IMG/VR virus record: IMGVR_UViG_3300022074_000002
DNA from: a virus
DNA length: 64,000 nucleotides
Strand: one strand, 5' to 3'
Part shown: positions 53,449 to 64,000 of the stretch, one piece after another
How positions within the stretch are numbered: position 1 is the stretch's first letter
Layout: the number at the start of each line of letters is the position of its first letter
Translations under genes and position numbers: made by a program
The notes under the pieces: model-generated
The model's input: only the letters and a program-made list of their open reading frames with translations
Told to the model about the DNA's origin: nothing
Databases searched by the model: none

Positions 53449-55263
53449 ATGGCTGCTATTATCTCTGATAAGTTTAGAATTTTTAACGCTAAACAATTTT
53501 TAGAATCTTTAACCGAAGGACCCAACGATACGAGTTCGGAAAGATCAAGAATGTATTTCTTTGTGGGAAGACCACAACCATGGAAGGCATATTTAGAAAT
53601 ACATACCAAGAACTCAACGGCTTTCGTAGTCGGAAATGAAGTTTATGTGGGTACATATGGATCGACTGCTTTTCGTGCCACAGTTGCAGCAGTATATGAC
53701 ACCGCTTTATTATTAACCGACGTTTTTGGAAGTTCTGGTGTTAACTCTGCTCCTCCTCTTGGATCTGCATTAAAAGGTAGAACAGGTGGTGCTGGCGGTT
53801 CTGACACAGGTGCTACAGCAGTCTCTGGTGTATATCGTTACGCTACTGAAGATGTTCCACCACTTCCTCTAGATAATCAGAGAGAAAAGATTACTCTATA
53901 CGACGAATTAATTGCTGCCAAACGTATTACTGATTCTTTTGCAAGAACAGTTATCCGCCGTTACAACTGGGATCTAGTTGCTAACCCTAAGTATGACATG
54001 TTCAAACCAGACTACTCTGCTACACCAGGTGGCGGTGGTCAAGTTGGTAAACAAGCAGCGACTGGTGCTACAAGCATCTCAGATGCTAAGTTCTATGTAA
54101 TGAACACATACTACGAAGTATTTAAGTGTCTCTATAACGGAGAGAACCCTAGCAACACTACAGGACAGAACGCAACCGAAGAACCATATACTGCTGGTGG
54201 TAACTATGATTCTGCAACTGGTCTTTATACAGAGACAACTGGTGCAGGATACATCTGGAAGTATATGTACACTATTCCTACTGATGATGTTCTTAAGTTC
54301 TTATCATCAGACTTTATGCCAATCGTTCTTCCTGCTAACGTAAGTAGAACCGCAGTTGCTGGTATTGCAGTTTCTGGTGCTATTGATGTAGCACTTATTG
54401 AGAATGCTGGATCAGGTCTTCCTGCTTCACAGACTCTATACACTGCTATTGTTGGTGATGGAACAGGTGGTAAGGTTAAGTTTGTAACAAACGGTGCTGG
54501 TACAATCACATCTGCTGAAATTGAAGCACGTGGATCAGGTTACACTTATGGTAACGTACTATTAGGAAATGGTAACTTATTCTCTAACGCTGGTTTATCA
54601 TCTGCTGTAACAACTGGTGCTTCTGCTGTTGGTGCTATCGAAGTTGTTCTACCTCCACAAGGTGGACATGGTTCTGATCAAGAAGTAGAACTTAATGGTA
54701 AGCGTGTTATGACTAACATTCGTCTTACATATTCAGAAGGTTCTGGAGACTTCCCTGTAGATAACGACTTCCGTAGAATTGGAATTATTCAAGACCCATT
54801 TAACTGGGGTACTACAACATTCTCTACTTCTGATACATTATCTGGATTAAAAGCAGTTAAGATTACTGGTGCTTCTGCAGACTTCTCTGTTGACGAGAAG
54901 ATTACACAGACTGTAACTGGTGGTACAGCATATGGTACAGTTGTATCATGGACATTAGACAGTGGTTCTACAACTGCTGGAGTTCTTAAGTACATCCAAA
55001 CAAACGATGCACACACAGACTCTGGTGTAGTAAGAGGATTTGAGTCTAATGGTTCTAACGCAATCACTGGAGAACTTTCTACTGCATCTGGTAACGTAGA
55101 TACTGCATATGGTTCTACATTATTAGGCGTTACATTCTCATCTGGACTTGCTGCTCCTGAGATCGAAAATAACTCAGGTGAGGTAATTTATGTTGAGAAC
55201 AGAAGACTAATCACTCGTGCACCTGACCAGATCGAAGATATCAAGTTAGTAATTGAATTCTAA
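53449..55263 (+). CDS. gp8: baseplate wedge subunit gp8
   Basis: MAAIISDKFRIFNAKQF..YFFVGRPQPW..YKCLYNG..YIWKYMY..NDFRRIG..YVENR..I.RA.DQ.EDIK. Confidence 0.9.
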   Translation: MAAIISDKFRIFNAKQFLESLTEGPNDTSSERSRMYFFVGRPQPWKAYLEIHTKNSTAFVVGNEVYVGTYGSTAFRATVAAVYDTALLLTDVFGSSGVNSAPPLGSALKGRTGGAGGSDTGATAVSGVYRYATEDVPPLPLDNQREKITLYDELIAAKRITDSFARTVIRRYNWDLVANPKYDMFKPDYSATPGGGGQVGKQAATGATSISDAKFYVMNTYYEVFKCLYNGENPSNTTGQNATEEPYTAGGNYDSATGLYTETTGAGYIWKYMYTIPTDDVLKFLSSDFMPIVLPANVSRTAVAGIAVSGAIDVALIENAGSGLPASQTLYTAIVGDGTGGKVKFVTNGAGTITSAEIEARGSGYTYGNVLLGNGNLFSNAGLSSAVTTGASAVGAIEVVLPPQGGHGSDQEVELNGKRVMTNIRLTYSEGSGDFPVDNDFRRIGIIQDPFNWGTTTFSTSDTLSGLKAVKITGASADFSVDEKITQTVTGGTAYGTVVSWTLDSGSTTAGVLKYIQTNDAHTDSGVVRGFESNGSNAITGELSTASGNVDTAYGSTLLGVTFSSGLAAPEIENNSGEVIYVENRRLITRAPDQIEDIKLVIEF

Positions 55264-55279
55264 GCATTATAAAACTTCG

Positions 55280-55286
55280 CTAAATA
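55280..55286 (+). promoter_or_regulatory. late promoter variant CTAAATA
   Basis: Intergenic, upstream of the VrlC-like gene. Confidence 0.45.
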
Positions 55287-55322
55287 ATATGACGAGAATA
55301 CTAGTATTATTGGCGGAGTAAG

Positions 55323-58300
55323 ATGCCTCAGAAGACGAACCTAAACGTAAGCCCATATTACGAAGATTTTGATGCGAAAAAGAATTTTTATAAGATTCTT
55401 TTCAGACCTGGCTATTCTATCCAAGGTAGAGAACTAACACAGGTTCAATCAATTCTTCAAAACCAAGTAGAGAGCTTCGGTAAATATGCCTTCAAGCAAG
55501 GCGAACTTGTTATTCCTGGTGAAGTAGGACTTAACACAAAATTAGATTACGTAAAATTATCATCTGTTTCAGAAGTTGCAGTAAACGATGGTAATAATAA
55601 TATTGTTTATAAAAAATATGATATATCCCAATTAGTTGGAGAAGAACTACTTGGGTTAACTTCTGGTGTCAAGGGAAGAATAGTTTCTACGAAACTGGCA
55701 ACAGAAAGCACAGCAGATACTTTGTTTGTAAATTACGTCAATAGTGGTTCGTCTAACACTGAGACTACATTTAGACAAGGTGAGACTCTAGAAGTTGTTG
55801 ATGGTGTTAATACACCTTTACTCGTTGTAGGTACAGATGGTAGTGTTCTACCAACCAGTATTCAAGTAACTAATCCTGATACAAATGAGGTAACTTCATT
55901 AGAAAGTCCTGCTATGGGATTTGGTTCTGCTGTTAAGGTAGAAGAAGGTATTTACTTTGTCAATGGTTATTTTGTTCGTTGTGAATCAGAACTATTAGTT
56001 ATTGATGAGTATTATAATAAACCATCTGCAAAAGTTGGTTTTACAATTAAAGAAGAGATTGTTACTCCAGAAGAAGATCCATCATTATATGATAATGCAA
56101 TAGGATCATCTAACTATACTGCACCTGGTGGACATAGATTAAAAATATCTCTCATATTAAAAGAGTTTGCTCTTAATGCAATTACTGATAAGAACTTTAT
56201 ACAACTTCTTACAGTATCAAGAGGAGTAATCCAAAGAAAGGTTGAGTCTACAGACTTTAGTGTATTAGAACAAACACTTGCTCGTAGGACATTTGATGAG
56301 TCAGGTGATTATGTTGTAGATAATTTTTCTGTAGACATTAGAGAATGGGCACAGAAAGATGGTAACAGAGGTTTGTATGCTGTAGATGAATTTGGTTTAT
56401 ACAATGGATATAATGCAACTGAGTCTTCTAGAAAGATGGTTGCAAGTATAGGTCCTGGTAAAGCATATATTAAAGGTTATGAGATTGTCAATAAAGAGAC
56501 TAAGTATCTTGAGATTGATAAAGCAAGAGAGAGTCTTTCTACTGACAATGTAAATTTAAAATCTCAGGGTCTTCCATCATTTAGTGTTACCAATGTATTT
56601 GGTAGTGTTCCTTTAAACAAAGAGGGATCTGATCTTACTGCATATCCTGACGTATTTTTATACAATACATTTAATGATGGTTCTGTTGGATTAAACAATA
56701 CAGAATTATCTACAGATCATAGACAAACAATTAGTAGAAGAGGTCTTAACTTTACTCCCGATGATGGTATAAAGACCATAACACTTCAAATAACAAACAC
56801 TACAACTCTTATAGGTGCTGTAACAGATGCAACTTTCCAAAGTCAGTTTGGTGAATTGTTCTACATCAAAACTAGAAGTGATCTTGGCACACCAACAGCA
56901 ATTGGTTCTTTCAAAACATTATCTTTTGCCACTACTAATAAACCACTTATCAATCCATCAACATCTGTTCAATTTTTAGAAATCACAGTATTCGGTCCTA
57001 AAAATGAATTAGAACAGTTATTGTTAGAGTATGATTTATCTGATACTGAATTTAAGAGAAAGGTTTTCTTAACAGAAGCAAATGCACAGACAAACTCAGG
57101 GGATGAGTTTGGATTTGTGGTAGATTATTCTCCTACTATCACTCCTGTAATAGGTAAAGTAAAACCTAACAACTTCTTCTTGAAGCAAAGAGGTTCTGGT
57201 TTTAACTCAGACTCAGATATCATTCTTTCTAGAGGTCGTCTTGCTGCAGGAACTAATGCATACAATACAACATTTGGATTCTCTTACTTTGATCCACAGT
57301 TCTTTACTAAGATAGTTTTAGAATCTGTTCCTACAGGAACTAATGCATTTGATGAAGGTAAATATGTATTTGGTATTACAAGTGGTGCTTATGGTGTTGT
57401 AGAAGGAACTGCATCTGGTGTTTATAGTACAGGTGTACTACTATATGTGAAGACTCTATCTGGTAGATTCTTACCTGGTGAAACAATTAGAGATGAGGGT
57501 GGTGTAACTGTAAGAATTGCAAAAGAAAATACAATATCACATTTCATAATTCAAAATAGAGGACTAGGATATGCTGATGGTGCTACTCTATTAATTAATG
57601 GTCTAGAGTTTGATAGTTCTAAGATAGATCTTTCAAGAACTACAGATGGTAAACTTTATAAAGCATCTGTTGCTAATAGATCTGCTGTAGGTATTGAGTA
57701 TGCTCAACCTCCTGCTATCACTGTAAAAAATCCAGAGGGTTCATCTGCTCCTAATGCTGCTGCAAGTATTGTTCCTATCTTGTATAGAAACACAGTCACT
57801 ACATATACACCACAAAATGTTAAGTCTATTGGTTGTGCTTATGGTTCTGGAAATGCAAATGATTTCTCTGCTGATGTTGTCGTAGATAGTCAAAAGTATT
57901 CTGAGATTAAGACTGTAACTGACTATACATTTTTTGGTTCACAAGGATCTACATTTATTGAATCAACAAGTTTCAGTGCTGATGCATCAACTGCTGTACA
58001 GCAAGGTGACCTTGTACAATTCTCAGATGATGATAATAATCTTGTTAGATCTATTGTTCAGTATGCAACAGAACAAGAAGGAGCATACAAATCTAGAATT
58101 TACTTAGACACAGCTTTGCCTGGTGCAGTTACTAATGCTAGTATTGTAAGATTACGTCCAAAGGTAGACAATGCTGCAAAGGGCACATTACTATTTTCTA
58201 CTGGTAGTAAGCAAGTATCTCAAATATCTTCTGGTGGAGATGATACTAAAATTAAATATTACTTCCGTAGAGATTTTGTAACTACTGCAACTACAGGTGG

Positions 58301-61300
58301 TGGTACAATTACATTCGCTGCACAGTTACCATTTGGTACACAAAGATTTGCTGCATACAGTGAAGAGAATTATATCATTACTGTATTAGATCCTGGTGAT
58401 GCACCTGACATAATAAAAGGTGATATCATTTATGTTCCAACAGATGTTGTAGATATTTCATCTGCTACTGATACTGCTAGTGGACTAACATCAGGTAGTA
58501 TTAGTTTACAGTTATCATCAGCATATTTTGGAAATATACCATCTAATGGTACTTTCCCTAAACTTAAGTTAACCGCAACACTAGAAGTATCTAATGCAAA
58601 ACCAAGACTTAAGACTGTAGTAAAAAATAAGAGAATCACAGTTACATCTGCTGGTGATCGTGTTGTGCCATTAAGAGGTACAGACTATGATACAGAAGTT
58701 GTAGAAATTTTATCTTATGCAGATGCTTTTAAATTAAACTACGTTTATGAAGGAACATCATCACAACCTCCTGAGATTGATACTGCTGGTAATATAATTT
58801 CTGGTACTGATGTAACATCAAGATATACATTTGATGATGGACAAAGAGATACAATCTATGATGTATCACGTATTGTTTTAAAACCAGGTTTTGAAGAAAC
58901 AACTGGTCAACTTGTTATTTCTTTCGATTACTTCGAGCATTCACAAGGAGATTTCTGTACTATTGATAGTTACTTACATGAGGCAGGAGTTTCAGAAGAT
59001 GAGATTCCAACATTCGACTCATCTGTTCTTGGTATTACAGAACTCAAGAACGTAATTGACTTTAGACCAAAGGTTGATAGCACTGCTATTATACCAGGTT
59101 TCCTTGATACATCAACACTAGAAAGAACAGAAGGATCATTCTCTGGTGCTGGTGCTATTGTTGCAAGTAGTCCTGCTCCTGATAAGAATTTAGAATATAC
59201 ATTCTCATTCAGTCAAGTTCAATACTTAGATCGTATTGATGGTATCTTCTTAGATAAGAAAGGTAATTTTGTAGTTAATGAGGGTAACTCATCTCTTAAC
59301 CCAACTAAACCAGATCCAATAGAAGATGCAGTACCATTGTTCTATGCATATATTCCTGCATTTACCAAGACAAGTAAAGATGTAAGAATAACTCCAGTTG
59401 ATAATAAACGTTACACAATGCGTGACATTGGTAAATTAGAGAAACGTATTGAAAGATTAGAATACTACACAACACTTAGCATACTAGAACAGCAAGCACT
59501 TAACATGCAAGTTAAGGATGAGATAGGTCTTGACAGATTTAAGTCTGGTTTTGTTGTTGATAATTTTGAAGCACATAAAGTTGGTAATCTTAAATCATTA
59601 GATTATCGTTGTGCTGTTGATGCTCAACAATCTGTACTACGTCCACAATCTAAAGAAGATTCTGTAGGATTAGTAGAAGTTAATACAAGAGAAGATCAAA
59701 GAGCAGTTTCTGGATATAAGAAGACAGGACATATGGTTACACTACCATATTCTCCATTGTCTTTATTAGGAAATAGTTTTGCATCATCTACAGTAAATCC
59801 AAACCCATTTGTTGTACTTCAGTATGTTGGTGATAGTGATGTATCTCCATCAATAGATCAGTGGTATGATTCAAGTATAGAACCAGTTGTTGTAGATACA
59901 AATACAGATCTATTCAATATATTCTTGGCAAAAGAAAGTGTAAAAGAAAGTTTCTCTAGTTTACATAATTCATTTGTTATTAACTGGGTAGGTGCTACAT
60001 CATCATTTACTGCTATTAATTCATTAGGCAATGTCAATACACAAGTTGCTAATACATCAGTTCAAACTGCATCTGTTGGAAGTTCTTCTAACATCAGTCC
60101 ACAAAACAATGAAGTAGGTAAAGGTCTACAGACTAAATCTGTAGGTGATAGTATTGTTTCTACATCATTATCATTCTTTGCAAGAAGTGTACCTATCAAA
60201 TTTAAAGTTGGTAGGATGAAACCTAATACAAGATTATATGTTTTCTTAGAAGGTAGAGATATTAGTCGTTGGGTAAATCCTGACCTTAGATATACTGGTA
60301 TTGCAGGAAACTCTCTATCAGCATTTAATGGATCTATTACTACAGATGAGTATGGTAATGCTAGTGGTTTGATTATACTACCAGCAGGAACACCTCCTAA
60401 TGAAAATGCTATATGGGGTGGAGACATTGATACTGTTGGATATGATGCATCAGCAGAATCTTTAAACTTCACTGTAGGAACTCTAACATTTAGATTTACA
60501 TCTAGTGCTACTAATGCAGCAAAAACAGATGTTGATAGTTACACAGAAGTTAAGTATTATGCTACAGGTATTCTTCCAGAGAATCCTTCAAGTATTGTGT
60601 CTACAAAACCATCTGTCTTTAAATCTAATGAGGGTGTACAGTTAATCGAAAGTAATACTGACAATCCTGTAAGACCTAATCCTCTTGCACAAACATTTAA
60701 AGTAGAAAATCTAGATGGTGGTTGTTTTGTAACTGGTATTGATTTGTATTTCAGTAAGAAGAGTACAACAATTCCTATTAAAACATATATCACAAATGTG
60801 GATGCTGAAAAACCAGCAAAAAATATTGTACCTGGCAGTGAAAAAACATTAACACCCAACACATTCCTTAAGTGTTTTGCTAGTGGTAACATGTCAATAC
60901 TCAAGGGTGAAAATGTTACTGGTGCATCTTCTACTGCGTCAGGTCCTATACTCAAAGTGTTTGATAAGAATAATGTAGAATTAGTTGCAACTGCATCTGG
61001 TAGATATAGTCTTACTAACGAACAAGTTTATACTGTTGTTCTTAGCAATCATAATGGTAAATCATTCCTACCAAATGAAGATCTAATTATTCCATCTGTA
61101 ACTCTTGCTAATGATACAGGTGGCACAGATTTTGTTCTTGCTATTGCAAAAAATAGTGGTAAGTTATCAGGTATCAGAGTTACAAATCCTGGTCTTAATT
61201 ACGACAGTGCAATTCTAACAATAGAGAGTCCACAATTACCTGGCGGATCTACTGCTACAGCAAGCATAGAAGTTTCTGGTGGTAAGATTTACAATGCTGA

Positions 61301-63425
61301 GGTATCACTATCTGGATTTGGATATACAGAAGCACCATCAGTTGTTGTCAAAGGCGTCGGAAATGGTGCTGGAGGATGCGAAATCGTGACATCTATAGAA
61401 ATAGATACACCAGCAGTTAGAATGGGTGTAGCGGTTGATACGGATGGTGTTACACAATCAACAACTCCTACACATTTTGGATTTGATTATCCAGTGTATC
61501 TACAAAATGATACAGAATATGCTCTTGTAATTGAGACAGATTCTATTGACTATGAGTTATGGTCATCTAAGTTGGGAGAAACCGACATAGCAACAAGTAC
61601 GGTCATCACAACTCAACCAGGTTTAGGTTCGGTTTACCGTTCTCAAAACACTGAGAGTTGGACAGAGGATATATTTGAAGATCTTAAGTTTACAATGTAT
61701 CGTGCAGAGTTCAATACATCTAGACCAGCAGAACTTTTAGTTAAGAATGAAAATCTTGGTTATGAACTTCTAGAAACAAATCCATTTGAAACAAATGCTA
61801 GTGCTAACACTAACTCAACTTCTAAGTTATTCAAAAATAACAACTCTATTGTTAAAGTAAATCATAGAGATCATGGATTTGAGACCACTGGAAATTCTTA
61901 TGTGTTCTACAGATCTGCTAAAGAAATTGGTGGTGTTACTGCATCTATTTTAAACAGCACATTATTCCAAGTAAGTAATTCTGGTGTTGACACATATAAT
62001 ATACAGTCGAGTTCTCAAGCTGCTGGTAATGCTATTGGTGGTGGAGATATGGTATATGCTACTTTCAATAGAAAGTTTGAAACATTATATCCACAAGTAT
62101 CATACTTGTCATTTACAGGCACAACTTTAAACACAGAAGTTAAGACAACTAATGTAGTTCCTGTAGATTCTGGATCTGTAAATTATACATCATACGCACA
62201 AGCAAGTTATGAGAAAACATTTTTAAATGAACCACATTACTTTACTAATCAAAAATTCATTGCATCCAGTATCAATGAAACTTTGAACAATGTATCTGAG
62301 TCACTTACTTATAAAATGTCTATATCGTCTAGTGTGTCTCATTTAAGTCCAATAATAGACTTGTCAAGTGCTACTGTGAAAACAGTATCAAACAGAATTG
62401 AAAATGCTACTGGACAAGAAGATAGATTTGGTAGAAGAGATCAAGTTATTGAATTCTATCCTGTATATCAATTTAATCTTGCAGGAAATGGTGGTACACA
62501 ATTACAAGCAGATCAAACAATTAAGGGTGTAACTACAAAAACAACTGGTACTATTGCTAGAGTCAATGGTCAGGTTGTATATGTTAGAGTTAAGACAAGT
62601 CAGTTCTTCCAAAAAGGAGAGACAGTAACACTAGGAAATCAATTGGGTCTTAGTGCAGTTACAGTAGATTCAAATCCATCACAGGTATTTGCTTCTATTG
62701 ATGATGCTGCTACTGTCGTGGCACGTAATCCAAACATATTAAATGAGACTTATGACAACGTGATTACTGGTAAAGCAACTATATGGAATAGTCAAACTCA
62801 ACAGTTAACTTTGAGAAATGATGTACAACCAATAAACGATGACTTTACTGGTAGAATAATTGATAATGTTCTCTTCAATAGAAATGCAGTTACTGGTGAT
62901 CAACTTGCTGATATATTCCGTGTTGGTGATTTTGTTAAGTATCCAAATCAACCAGACGAAGAGAATGCATATCTTGAGGTTGGAAAGGTAATGTACACTA
63001 ATGGTTTAGACTTTGTTGCTGAAGATACATCTAAGAATGGTTCTTCTATTGCTAAGTATGTAACTAAAGAAGTTACTATTACAAATCCAGCAACTGCGAT
63101 TGATGTACACTTACTAGCAAATGTCAAAGACATTGGTGACCTTACAGTGTTCTTTAAATATAAGAAAGCATCTAGTCAAGAGAATTTTGAAGATATTGAT
63201 TGGATATACTTTAACACATCAGGTGAACCAGATTCATTTGAAATCGCAACAAGTGAAAATACAATATCAGGTATTGTAGAGAAACAATCTTCTTATCAAG
63301 ATTTAAAATATAGTGTTTCAGATCTTCCAGAATATTCATCATTTGCTATTAAAATTGTGATGTCTGGATCAGATCCTGCATTTGTTCCCAAGGTTCAAGA
63401 TATAAGAGCAGTCGCTGCGTTCTAA
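55323..63425 (+). CDS. VrlC-like / DUF4815 virion structural protein (2700 aa)
   Basis: MPQKTNLNVSPYYEDFD..FYKILFRPG..IQGRELTQ.QSILQNQ; LARRTFDESGDY; RYTMRDIGKLEKRIERLEYYT.LS.LE; PLAQTF. Confidence 0.88.
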   Translation: MPQKTNLNVSPYYEDFDAKKNFYKILFRPGYSIQGRELTQVQSILQNQVESFGKYAFKQGELVIPGEVGLNTKLDYVKLSSVSEVAVNDGNNNIVYKKYDISQLVGEELLGLTSGVKGRIVSTKLATESTADTLFVNYVNSGSSNTETTFRQGETLEVVDGVNTPLLVVGTDGSVLPTSIQVTNPDTNEVTSLESPAMGFGSAVKVEEGIYFVNGYFVRCESELLVIDEYYNKPSAKVGFTIKEEIVTPEEDPSLYDNAIGSSNYTAPGGHRLKISLILKEFALNAITDKNFIQLLTVSRGVIQRKVESTDFSVLEQTLARRTFDESGDYVVDNFSVDIREWAQKDGNRGLYAVDEFGLYNGYNATESSRKMVASIGPGKAYIKGYEIVNKETKYLEIDKARESLSTDNVNLKSQGLPSFSVTNVFGSVPLNKEGSDLTAYPDVFLYNTFNDGSVGLNNTELSTDHRQTISRRGLNFTPDDGIKTITLQITNTTTLIGAVTDATFQSQFGELFYIKTRSDLGTPTAIGSFKTLSFATTNKPLINPSTSVQFLEITVFGPKNELEQLLLEYDLSDTEFKRKVFLTEANAQTNSGDEFGFVVDYSPTITPVIGKVKPNNFFLKQRGSGFNSDSDIILSRGRLAAGTNAYNTTFGFSYFDPQFFTKIVLESVPTGTNAFDEGKYVFGITSGAYGVVEGTASGVYSTGVLLYVKTLSGRFLPGETIRDEGGVTVRIAKENTISHFIIQNRGLGYADGATLLINGLEFDSSKIDLSRTTDGKLYKASVANRSAVGIEYAQPPAITVKNPEGSSAPNAAASIVPILYRNTVTTYTPQNVKSIGCAYGSGNANDFSADVVVDSQKYSEIKTVTDYTFFGSQGSTFIESTSFSADASTAVQQGDLVQFSDDDNNLVRSIVQYATEQEGAYKSRIYLDTALPGAVTNASIVRLRPKVDNAAKGTLLFSTGSKQVSQISSGGDDTKIKYYFRRDFVTTATTGGGTITFAAQLPFGTQRFAAYSEENYIITVLDPGDAPDIIKGDIIYVPTDVVDISSATDTASGLTSGSISLQLSSAYFGNIPSNGTFPKLKLTATLEVSNAKPRLKTVVKNKRITVTSAGDRVVPLRGTDYDTEVVEILSYADAFKLNYVYEGTSSQPPEIDTAGNIISGTDVTSRYTFDDGQRDTIYDVSRIVLKPGFEETTGQLVISFDYFEHSQGDFCTIDSYLHEAGVSEDEIPTFDSSVLGITELKNVIDFRPKVDSTAIIPGFLDTSTLERTEGSFSGAGAIVASSPAPDKNLEYTFSFSQVQYLDRIDGIFLDKKGNFVVNEGNSSLNPTKPDPIEDAVPLFYAYIPAFTKTSKDVRITPVDNKRYTMRDIGKLEKRIERLEYYTTLSILEQQALNMQVKDEIGLDRFKSGFVVDNFEAHKVGNLKSLDYRCAVDAQQSVLRPQSKEDSVGLVEVNTREDQRAVSGYKKTGHMVTLPYSPLSLLGNSFASSTVNPNPFVVLQYVGDSDVSPSIDQWYDSSIEPVVVDTNTDLFNIFLAKESVKESFSSLHNSFVINWVGATSSFTAINSLGNVNTQVANTSVQTASVGSSSNISPQNNEVGKGLQTKSVGDSIVSTSLSFFARSVPIKFKVGRMKPNTRLYVFLEGRDISRWVNPDLRYTGIAGNSLSAFNGSITTDEYGNASGLIILPAGTPPNENAIWGGDIDTVGYDASAESLNFTVGTLTFRFTSSATNAAKTDVDSYTEVKYYATGILPENPSSIVSTKPSVFKSNEGVQLIESNTDNPVRPNPLAQTFKVENLDGGCFVTGIDLYFSKKSTTIPIKTYITNVDAEKPAKNIVPGSEKTLTPNTFLKCFASGNMSILKGENVTGASSTASGPILKVFDKNNVELVATASGRYSLTNEQVYTVVLSNHNGKSFLPNEDLIIPSVTLANDTGGTDFVLAIAKNSGKLSGIRVTNPGLNYDSAILTIESPQLPGGSTATASIEVSGGKIYNAEVSLSGFGYTEAPSVVVKGVGNGAGGCEIVTSIEIDTPAVRMGVAVDTDGVTQSTTPTHFGFDYPVYLQNDTEYALVIETDSIDYELWSSKLGETDIATSTVITTQPGLGSVYRSQNTESWTEDIFEDLKFTMYRAEFNTSRPAELLVKNENLGYELLETNPFETNASANTNSTSKLFKNNNSIVKVNHRDHGFETTGNSYVFYRSAKEIGGVTASILNSTLFQVSNSGVDTYNIQSSSQAAGNAIGGGDMVYATFNRKFETLYPQVSYLSFTGTTLNTEVKTTNVVPVDSGSVNYTSYAQASYEKTFLNEPHYFTNQKFIASSINETLNNVSESLTYKMSISSSVSHLSPIIDLSSATVKTVSNRIENATGQEDRFGRRDQVIEFYPVYQFNLAGNGGTQLQADQTIKGVTTKTTGTIARVNGQVVYVRVKTSQFFQKGETVTLGNQLGLSAVTVDSNPSQVFASIDDAATVVARNPNILNETYDNVITGKATIWNSQTQQLTLRNDVQPINDDFTGRIIDNVLFNRNAVTGDQLADIFRVGDFVKYPNQPDEENAYLEVGKVMYTNGLDFVAEDTSKNGSSIAKYVTKEVTITNPATAIDVHLLANVKDIGDLTVFFKYKKASSQENFEDIDWIYFNTSGEPDSFEIATSENTISGIVEKQSSYQDLKYSVSDLPEYSSFAIKIVMSGSDPAFVPKVQDIRAVAAF

Positions 63426-63434
63426 TTTCCGCAT

Positions 63435-63641
63435 ATGAAATTTGTCAAAGTGTCTGGACATGATGGTCTAGTGAGAGACCAAAAGACTGGTGCAATCATT
63501 AATCTTGATGATTCTGCCATAGAGTCTAGACGCAAATCAAAACAACTAGGTTCCGCACTGGACGACATAAATAAGTTGAAGAATGAAGTCTCTGAACTTA
63601 AGTCCTTATTAAGAGAGTTAATCCAAAATGCCAGCAGTTAA
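63435..63641 (+). CDS. small conserved coiled-coil protein
   Basis: VKVSGH..LVRD..TGAIIN..INKLKNEVSELK.LL. Confidence 0.75.
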   Translation: MKFVKVSGHDGLVRDQKTGAIINLDDSAIESRRKSKQLGSALDDINKLKNEVSELKSLLRELIQNASS

Positions 63642-63999
63642 TGTAGCACGTACTGATACCTTTGAACAGCAAAGGGTCAAAATAAATGATATAAGTACCC
63701 AAATATTTACAGTTACCGCTGGAGGTTCAGACCTTTCAACAGGTAATTTAAAACTAGGAGATGGTTTAGTATCTGCTCCTAGTTTAGCATTTGTAAATGA
63801 TGTCTCGCTTGGAATATACCGTAATGGTACAGGTGTACTAGGTTTTGCTAGTGCAGGAAAGAAATTATCAGATCTTGCTGCGACAAGTGTCAAATATTAT
63901 AGAGACTTTATAATTGAGAAAAACAGTCTTGATACATTAGGTATTTCAATTACTAATACTGGTTCTAACTATGATGGAGGAACTTACTCTGAAATTCCT
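63628..63999 (+). CDS. start of baseplate/fibre-connector structural protein (partial)
   Basis: MPAVNVARTDTFEQQRVKINDI..LGDG..SAPSLAF; open to the window end. Confidence 0.75.
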   Translation, partial: MPAVNVARTDTFEQQRVKINDISTQIFTVTAGGSDLSTGNLKLGDGLVSAPSLAFVNDVSLGIYRNGTGVLGFASAGKKLSDLAATSVKYYRDFIIEKNSLDTLGISITNTGSNYDGGTYSEIP

Positions 64000-64000
64000 G

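Noticed and set aside
41067-63133. Minus-strand ORFs inside gp6, gp7, gp8 and the VrlC-like gene
   Set aside because: Antisense shadows of well-supported structural genes
1-64000. tRNA or rRNA genes
   Set aside because: No cloverleaf with T-loop GTTCGA and acceptor stem seen by eye; tRNAscan not run

Overview
64 kb of a T4-like cyanomyovirus (marine Prochlorococcus/Synechococcus phage type), AT-rich and almost entirely + strand. Order: (1) 1-3.7 kb auxiliary genes: PTOX, a cupin, a glutaredoxin-like protein, cpeT bilin lyase and an HNH gene. (2) 3.8-27 kb late tail module: a 5076-aa giant virion protein, three tail-collar fibre proteins and a fibre chaperone. (3) 27-37.5 kb early/host-takeover island of small ORFs behind repeated sigma70 promoters with a shared upstream palindrome. 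(4) 38-64 kb baseplate module: PAAR-like, gp25, gp6, a 3676-aa gp7-like protein, gp8, a 2700-aa VrlC/DUF4815 protein and the start of the next structural gene. Main discovery candidate: aa ~650-2680 of the giant protein parse into seven phycobiliprotein-like helical domains. The A/B helix, the KCxRD...GGN helix and the terminal C-x-D-V helix each occur exactly seven times and nest as balanced brackets. They carry Cys at positions equivalent to both the alpha84/beta82 and beta155 bilin sites. The gene lies 461 bp downstream of the phage cpeT lyase, and two related domains sit in gp7. This suggests a phage lyase that chromophorylates the phage's own virion proteins. The phycobiliprotein comparison is by eye against recalled consensus sequences; no search was run. 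No tRNA, rRNA, CRISPR array or intein was recognised.
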